Of a stretch of 64,000 nt of DNA, positions 58,614-64,000 are shown one piece after another (the stretch's first letter is position 1; every line of letters starts with the position of its first letter). The notes under the pieces were generated by a model, which saw only the letters and a list, made by a program, of their open reading frames with translations, was not told where the DNA came from and did no database searches. The position numbers were made by a program, and so were the translations under genes. This stretch comes from Deltaproteobacteria bacterium (GTDB lineage: Bacteria; Myxococcota_A; Polyangia; GCA-2747355; JADLHG01). Location: the NCBI GenBank assembly GCA_020848905.1, contig JADLHG010000054.1, forward strand, positions 1 through 64,000. Direction: 5' to 3'.

Positions 58614-59093
58614 CTACGTGCGAGCGCTCTTCACCTCTACCACGCGCAGCCTCGGCGTTCCGGCTGCGTCTTCGGGTGCGGCCCCCGCGGCCGCGAGCAA
58701 CGTTCCTTGATCGGTCTCGGCCTCGGGACGTCGGCGCCGGGACCGCGTCCCCGGCTGGGGGCTCGCCTCGCTCCGCGGCCCTCTATCGGAGGGGCGCAGC
58801 GCCAGGGCGGCCACCTTCTCGGCCAGGGCCGGGTCTCCCTCGGCGTACACCCGCGCGTAGGCCAGGGCGCGCGCGGCGTGCTGCTCGAGCGCGGCCTGCG
58901 CGGCGGCCACGGCTTCGGTCGCCGCGGCGAGATGCGTCTCGAGCTCGCGCTGCTCCCCGGTCGCTCGCTGCAGCGCCTCCTCGGCGCGCTGCAGGCTGGC
59001 CTGGCTCACGTCGGGGAAGGCGACGGCCGACAGCTCCTCGTCGAAGAGTGTCAGCACCCTTCGCACTCCCTTGGGGACGGGGTCTTCGAGCAT
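58614..59093 (-). CDS. hypothetical coiled-coil protein upstream of the methyltransferase
   Basis: 159 aa from ATG 59093, with GAGAGGG upstream. Ala/Glu-rich. Confidence 0.35.
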   Translation of the reverse strand: MLEDPVPKGVRRVLTLFDEELSAVAFPDVSQASLQRAEEALQRATGEQRELETHLAAATEAVAAAQAALEQHAARALAYARVYAEGDPALAEKVAALALRPSDRGPRSEASPQPGTRSRRRRPEAETDQGTLLAAAGAAPEDAAGTPRLRVVEVKSART

Positions 59094-59265
59094 CACGGGC
59101 CCTCTCGGTTGCGGCAACGAAACGGTCTTGGAGACTGCTTGTCCGTATCGTTATGAACAAGTGTTCAGTATCCGTCAAGCCCGCATTCGCGATCGAACGC
59201 AGGTTGCGTCGAGGCCGGCCGGGCTCCGGGGCAACGGGGCGGGCGGCCGGGCGGTCGATCCTGGC

Positions 59266-60432
59266 GTGCGGTGCATCCCTCGCGGTGCCGTCTGCCTGGC
59301 CGTGTCGATCGGAGCGCATGCTCTGGTGCTGCCGGTGCTCGCCTGGACCGACTGGAGCGCGCGCAGCGCGGTGGGATCTTCCGGCCGGTCGCTTTCCTCG
59401 GTGGTGGAGCTCGAGCGCGTTCCGGCGCAGACGGTACCGGGAGAGGTGCGCCCCGTCACGTCGCAGCGGCTCCCGACGCCGAGGCGCCCCGTCACGCGGC
59501 GGGGTCTCGACCTCCGGAGCCGCGTTTCCTCGGGCGCGCGCGGTGCGGGGCCACGCACGCGCGACCAGGTCGAGCCTGCCGGGGTTACGCCCTCCCCCGC
59601 CGAGGGTACGCCCGCCGCCCTCCCGGCTCCTTCCGGCCTGTTGCGGATGCGGTCGCGGCTCGAGCTCGCTCCGTCGCTCGAGGCGCTTGCCGAGCTGCCC
59701 CGTCGGGCCCACCCGGCGCAGGCCGATCCTCTGTCGGGCCGGAGCGCGTCCGGGTCGGCCACCTCGTCTGCCGCGACGCGCGCCGCGCTAGCCGAGCGGG
59801 TCAGGCGCCTCCTCGCGACGGATCTGGCGCAGCATCACGCGCGGTCCGGGCGCGTGTCGCCGCGCCTCTTCGAGGTAGCTCGTCGCGCGGACCAGCTCTT
59901 CACCGTCGACTGGGAGCTCGTCCGGGGAGATCGCGCGCACCTCGGGTCGATCAAGCGTGGGCTCGCCTCCTTCGTCTACGGCATCTGGGACGGCTGGCAG
60001 AAGGCGCTGGGCGCGCAGTCCAGGTCGCACCGCGAGGCCAGGGGTGCGGTCGAGGCGCCGCAGCGGCTCGAGGCCTACGCGGCGGCGGCGGAGGCCGCGG
60101 CCGAGCGCGCCGACGAGCTCCGGGCTACCTACTGCATCGAGACCGACGGGCGGGAGGTCCGGCTGACCCTGGCCTCGCGCTCCGGGCGGCGTCCCTTCGA
60201 CCGCATCGCCGAGCGGGCCCTGCGCACCGCGCTGCGGCTCGAACCGGAGGGGAGCCCCCCGCTGCCCGCTGCCTGCTATCGCTTCACGGCGCGCTTCCAC
60301 CGCGTGCCGCCGTTGCCGTACGTCGGCTGCAGCTTCGACGAGGTGCTGCTGAAGGCGGCCTGCTTCTACCCGTTGAAGCGGATCCTGCGGACGAACGTCG
60401 AGCTGGTGAGCGCAGCGCCGTCCACCGAATGA
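59266..60432 (+). CDS. hypothetical membrane-anchored protein
   Basis: GTG start chosen to avoid overlap with the divergent upstream gene. Single N-terminal TM (AVCLAVSIGAHALVLPVLAW), then Pro/Arg-rich linker. Start uncertain. Confidence 0.35.
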   Translation: MRCIPRGAVCLAVSIGAHALVLPVLAWTDWSARSAVGSSGRSLSSVVELERVPAQTVPGEVRPVTSQRLPTPRRPVTRRGLDLRSRVSSGARGAGPRTRDQVEPAGVTPSPAEGTPAALPAPSGLLRMRSRLELAPSLEALAELPRRAHPAQADPLSGRSASGSATSSAATRAALAERVRRLLATDLAQHHARSGRVSPRLFEVARRADQLFTVDWELVRGDRAHLGSIKRGLASFVYGIWDGWQKALGAQSRSHREARGAVEAPQRLEAYAAAAEAAAERADELRATYCIETDGREVRLTLASRSGRRPFDRIAERALRTALRLEPEGSPPLPAACYRFTARFHRVPPLPYVGCSFDEVLLKAACFYPLKRILRTNVELVSAAPSTE

Positions 60433-60464
60433 GCTCGGTCGGCATTCGCTCGGGTGGGATGAGG

Positions 60465-60556
60465 CGGAGAGAGAGGGATTCGAACCCTCGGTGGGGATTT
60501 AAAGGCCCCACACTCGCTTAGCAGGCGAGCACCTTCGGCCTCTCGGTCATCTCTCC
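60465..60556 (-). tRNA. tRNA-Ser (anticodon GCT)
   Basis: 92-nt minus-strand cloverleaf: acceptor GGAGAGA/TCTCTCC, anticodon loop CTGCTAA, long variable arm (TGGGG-CCTTTAAAT-CCCCA), T-arm GAGGG-TTCGAAT-CCCTC, discriminator G, then CC. Confidence 0.85.
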
Positions 60557-60673
60557 ATTCAAGTCCGGGGGCCCGTGCGCGCGGCCCGAAAACCTCTATC
60601 GCGCGAGCCAAACCCCCCGACATCTAGCCGACCCGGCCCCAAAAAACAAGACCTCACTCGGATCCGCCTTGCG

Positions 60674-62194
60674 TCAGTCCAGCTTGATCCGCGCGTAGTC
60701 GAGCGTCGTGCGCCGTTCGTGAATCTCGCGTCGCCCTGTCCGGCGCTCCACCTGCTGCCGCAGCTTGGGAAAGAAGCGGAGCAGGTCGTCGGCCCGGAGT
60801 ACCGCGGGCAACGGCTTCGTCTCCTCGGTCAGGACGACCCCCATCGAGGCCCCGGCGTCCAGGTTGCCGTGGAAGCCGTGCCGGGCCGACTCGTCCACCC
60901 CAGTGATCGTGCGAAACCCGCGCGAGGCGTACGGGCGCTTGAAGGCGAAGACGACGTCCGCGGGGTACTTGATGCCCACCGGCAGGAGCGCCGTGCGTGC
61001 CCGGTAGATGACGTCAGGGAACGGGCTCCGGGCGCCCGCGGAGTAGAGCGCCTCGTCCGTGACCTCGAGGTATTTCCTGCCGTCCGCGACATGCTCCCGG
61101 CCGGTCACGTTCTTGATCCCCAGCGCTGCGAGGTCGTGCCCCTCGGGCAGGTAGTAGGCGTTGGTCCCCGCGTGGTGCGCGCCGTGCAGCGGGCGCTTCC
61201 CCGCCACCCACACGCTGAACCACTGCAGCTCTCCTGCCGGATCGAACTCCCGATCGGGGCGCGAGCGCGACACGACCGCCTCGGCGTAGGGGCTCTGCGA
61301 GAGCCGCTCCGCGACGTCGTCGGCGAGCGCCAGCTCCGTGTGCAGTGAGACGTAGCTGACGGGGGTGTGCAGGATGGGGACCGCGTACGGGCCCGCCTCC
61401 CGTCGCCCCTCCGCGAAGGAGTCCACCACGCGCACCTGCGCTTGCTCCATGACGTGCCGGATGTCGATGAAGTCCCCCGGCGCGGCGGGCACGAAGTCCA
61501 TTCCGTGATCCGACACGAGCGTGAAGACGAACCGCTGCGCGGGGTGGTCGCGGCGAAACTTCTCGATACGACGCCAGAGCTCGAGGAAGGCGACCTTCAC
61601 GTGCGCAGCCGGCCGCATGTGGCCCATCACGTCGATGTCGAGGACGTAGCCCACGAAGACGGGGTTGTGTCGCACGCGCCCGCCCAGCACGTAGAAGAGG
61701 TTGTCGAGCGACTCCATCAGACTGAGCTCGAGCGAGCCGTAGCTCCACACGGCGTCGAAGTACCCATCTGCGTGGTAGTCGAAGACCTTCAGGTAAGGTG
61801 GCCCCTCCCAGGGGGTGCCGCGGAGCGGGGGGATGCCGTGCGAGATGAGACCCGTGTAGCCCACGTTCTGCAGCGCGTCCTTCTCCGGGTTGAAGTAGTG
61901 CAGCTCGTAGCCGTTCATGCGCTCGGTGCGCAGGATGCGGCTCCAGGCGATGTCGGAGGTGCTGGGGAAGGTGGAGACGAACTGCACCGCCTGCCAGCCC
62001 TGCGAGGGGATCTGCCCCGCGGCCATCGACTCGGTGACGGTCTTGAAGGCCAGGCCATCCACGGCCAGGTAGACGTGGACCACGGGGTTCTTCTTCGGGT
62101 CGCCGTCGACCGGAAGGCTGTTCATGAAGGCGTAGTGCTCCCAATCGCAGGCCCCGAGGAGCAGCAGGGCGCCCGCGAGCGCGACGCCGCGCAT
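60674..62194 (-). CDS. alkaline-phosphatase-superfamily lipoprotein (type I phosphodiesterase/nucleotide pyrophosphatase-like)
   Basis: Lipobox LLLGACD. Metal-ligand-like DxH and HG motifs (VSDHGMDF). GGAGGCG Shine-Dalgarno. Start is 15 nt after the OMP stop. Confidence 0.6.
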   Translation of the reverse strand: MRGVALAGALLLLGACDWEHYAFMNSLPVDGDPKKNPVVHVYLAVDGLAFKTVTESMAAGQIPSQGWQAVQFVSTFPSTSDIAWSRILRTERMNGYELHYFNPEKDALQNVGYTGLISHGIPPLRGTPWEGPPYLKVFDYHADGYFDAVWSYGSLELSLMESLDNLFYVLGGRVRHNPVFVGYVLDIDVMGHMRPAAHVKVAFLELWRRIEKFRRDHPAQRFVFTLVSDHGMDFVPAAPGDFIDIRHVMEQAQVRVVDSFAEGRREAGPYAVPILHTPVSYVSLHTELALADDVAERLSQSPYAEAVVSRSRPDREFDPAGELQWFSVWVAGKRPLHGAHHAGTNAYYLPEGHDLAALGIKNVTGREHVADGRKYLEVTDEALYSAGARSPFPDVIYRARTALLPVGIKYPADVVFAFKRPYASRGFRTITGVDESARHGFHGNLDAGASMGVVLTEETKPLPAVLRADDLLRFFPKLRQQVERRTGRREIHERRTTLDYARIKLD

Positions 62195-62208
62195 CTTCGC
62201 CTCCGCGG

Positions 62209-62976
62209 TCAAAAGAGCAGCCCGACGTCGAAGAGCGGCTGCCCTTGCAGGCCGTCCACGCTCGCCCGGTACACGTAGCCGATGCGCGCCTCGAACCAGC
62301 GGTAGTGGAAGCGGTACGACGCGCCGAAGACGCCGAAGTTGTGGTCCCAGAACCCGACCTCGCCGCCGTGCAGGAAGAAGCCGTGGTACTTGAAGGCCAA
62401 AAACTCGAGGGAGAGGTAGTTCCCGACGGTGACGCCCCCCTGCACCGGTGCGTCGCCCATCGTGTTGAGCACGGTGAGGGTGTTGTGCGCCGCGAGCCAC
62501 TTGGTCACCTTCCAGGTCGCGGAGAGCGAGAGGGGGAGGGCGAAGACCGTGAAGTTCGGGTTGTGGAGCCAGGAGGTGTAGCTCGACGAGACGAAGGCCT
62601 CGCTGGCCCCGGGGAGCACGACGAAGAGGGCCACCTGCGCGGTCAGGCTGAGCGTGCGGCGACGATAGAGCGACACCTTGGCGTGCACGTTGGGGACGCG
62701 GAAGATCAGCTCCGAGGGCTTCACGCCGACCTGGATGGCGTCGAGGATGCCGAACTGCGCCTGCCGATAGCTGAGCACGAAGTGACGGTGGCCGAGCAAC
62801 AGGCCGTTGTCTTCCCAGATGGGGTAGAGCCCGTTCGGCGCGTGGAGGTAGTCGGAGGAGAGAAGTCCCGGCGCGTCCACCGGGGGGCCGTCGGCCTCGA
62901 CGCGCGGCGAGGCCAGCAGGGTCGCCAAGGCCAGGCCGCAAGCGAGCGGTATGAGCGCGCAGTGTCGTGAGGTCAT
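62209..62976 (-). CDS. outer-membrane beta-barrel protein
   Basis: Signal peptide. Alternating amphipathic strands. C-terminal ...DVGLLF, an aromatic terminal residue. Confidence 0.5.
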   Translation of the reverse strand: MTSRHCALIPLACGLALATLLASPRVEADGPPVDAPGLLSSDYLHAPNGLYPIWEDNGLLLGHRHFVLSYRQAQFGILDAIQVGVKPSELIFRVPNVHAKVSLYRRRTLSLTAQVALFVVLPGASEAFVSSSYTSWLHNPNFTVFALPLSLSATWKVTKWLAAHNTLTVLNTMGDAPVQGGVTVGNYLSLEFLAFKYHGFFLHGGEVGFWDHNFGVFGASYRFHYRWFEARIGYVYRASVDGLQGQPLFDVGLLF

Positions 62977-63066
62977 GGGATCGCGGGCGAGCCGCTTCGT
63001 CTCCTGGCGAGCGGGACCGACAGAGCATGATAGGGAGAAAGCCTCGCACCGCAAGGGCCAACTACC

Positions 63067-63480
63067 TCATGAGCGCGTTGCCCCCTGCGTGAGCCCGAAG
63101 ACGTAGGTCCCGGCGAGCAGCCCCGCCAGCGTGAAGAGCGAGCCGAGCTTCCCCTCGCCGAGCATCGCGAGCGCGGTCCCCGGGCACGCGCCGGCCACGC
63201 CCCACCCCGCGCCGAAGAGGATCGCCCCCGGAACGAGCGTCCTCCGGTAGGCCTTGCCCTTGGGAGGGAGCGCCTCCCCGCCGAGGAGAGAGCGCGCCCC
63301 GAGGCGCTTCAAGAGCTGCACGCCGACGAGGCCCACCGCCCCCGCCACGGCGATGACCCAGAGGAGCTGCAGATGGCTGAAGAGAAAGAGCTGCGGGTAG
63401 AAGTCGTAGGTCGTGGCGCCCGCCCGACTGAGCAGGAAGCCGAAGACGACGCCGAGCGGCAGGAAGACGAGCTTCTGCAT
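63067..63480 (-). CDS. YeeE/YedE-family (sulfur-compound transporter) half
   Basis: GWGVAGACPG motif. 4 TM. Confidence 0.7.
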   Translation of the reverse strand: MQKLVFLPLGVVFGFLLSRAGATTYDFYPQLFLFSHLQLLWVIAVAGAVGLVGVQLLKRLGARSLLGGEALPPKGKAYRRTLVPGAILFGAGWGVAGACPGTALAMLGEGKLGSLFTLAGLLAGTYVFGLTQGATRS

Positions 63481-63484
63481 GGGG

Positions 63485-63991
63485 CTACCCTCCGTGTCCG
63501 GTCAGACGAAAGAGCGCTTGCACGGCCGCCGTTCCTCCGACGAAGAAGCCGGCCGCGGCGAGGAGGCTCGGTGGGTTGAGCAGCGACACTCCCGCGATGG
63601 CGTGCCCGCTCGTGCACCCGTCGGCCATCCGCGCGCCGAGACCCATCAGCGCGCCACCCGCGAAGAGCACCGCGCCCTTGGCCCACACCGCCGACGGCAG
63701 CACCTGGTCGTAGAGGCGGCCGAGGGAGAAGCTGGCCACCAGGGGCCCCGGTGAGCTCAGCGCCGCGAGCAGACCTCCGAGCGGAATGCCGAGCAAGAAC
63801 CAGAGGCGCCAGTTGAACGGGTCGGCGTAGGGGCCCGTGCGGAAGAAGCTCCGCCTCGACGCGAGGGCGCACACGTTGCCGAACCCCGTCGACACGCCGA
63901 GCGGCTGCCCCGAGAGCCAGAGCTGCGCGAGTCCGTAGAGCCCGATGCCGATCCCTCCGATCCATCCGCTCCAGACCACCACCTCAGTCAT
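63485..63991 (-). CDS. YeeE/YedE-family half
   Basis: ADGCTSGH motif. 4-5 TM. Adjacent to its partner half, 4-nt gap. Confidence 0.7.
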   Translation of the reverse strand: MTEVVVWSGWIGGIGIGLYGLAQLWLSGQPLGVSTGFGNVCALASRRSFFRTGPYADPFNWRLWFLLGIPLGGLLAALSSPGPLVASFSLGRLYDQVLPSAVWAKGAVLFAGGALMGLGARMADGCTSGHAIAGVSLLNPPSLLAAAGFFVGGTAAVQALFRLTGHGG

Positions 63992-64000
63992 CGTGACCCT

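Noticed and set aside
5763-60556. Genomic island or integrative element bounded by the two tRNA genes
   Set aside because: No integrase, recombinase, transposase or direct repeat of a tRNA 3' end could be found. GC content is uniform except for short patches.

Overview
This 64 kb window is a high-GC (about 70%), gene-dense bacterial chromosome segment with coding on both strands. Three secreted proteins end in a MYXO-CTERM-like sorting tail (Cys, hydrophobic helix, Arg-rich end), so I infer a Myxococcota (myxobacterial) origin. The ORF track is full of long antisense shadow ORFs typical of high-GC DNA, which I discarded. The window runs as follows.

- 0-6 kb: housekeeping-like genes (GST, LarA-family protein, secreted phospholipase-D lipoprotein, DUF2934, flotillin/SPFH), then tRNA-Arg(ACG) with a clean terminator.
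- 6.3-12.8 kb: a three-gene signalling operon: a tandem-core hybrid histidine kinase, a single-domain receiver, and a 1077-aa REC-HK-REC-pseudoREC-REC-EAL protein.
- 13.1-17.9 kb: a sigma54 enhancer-binding protein next to a lipoprotein decaheme c-type cytochrome that carries a collagen-like Gly-X-Y stalk, with a sigma54 -24/-12 element in front of the cytochrome.
- 19.5-21.2 kb: a KefC-type K+/H+ antiporter, preceded by about 1 kb of apparently non-coding DNA and two micro-ORFs.
- 21.6-31.9 kb: Cys-rich lipoproteins, TetR, a Ser/Thr kinase and MsrA.
- 31.9-36.3 kb: a MacAB-like efflux module (separate ATPase, FtsX permease, HlyD adaptor).
- 36.7-51.7 kb: a long run of secreted and surface proteins of unknown function, including a sigma54-promoted tandem pair of 260-aa secreted paralogs and a MerR regulator preceded by a stand-alone copy of its own C-terminal domain.
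- 51.7-56.2 kb: an indolepyruvate-ferredoxin-oxidoreductase alpha subunit followed by an IorB fused to an ADP-forming acyl-CoA synthetase.
- 56.4-60.6 kb: an Eco57I-family N6-adenine DNA methyltransferase with hypothetical neighbours beside tRNA-Ser(GCT).
- 60.7-64 kb: an OMP plus AlkP-family lipoprotein operon and a two-gene YeeE/YedE transporter.

I found no CRISPR array, integrase or transposase. Every functional call rests on motifs I could read in the translations and not on any database search.
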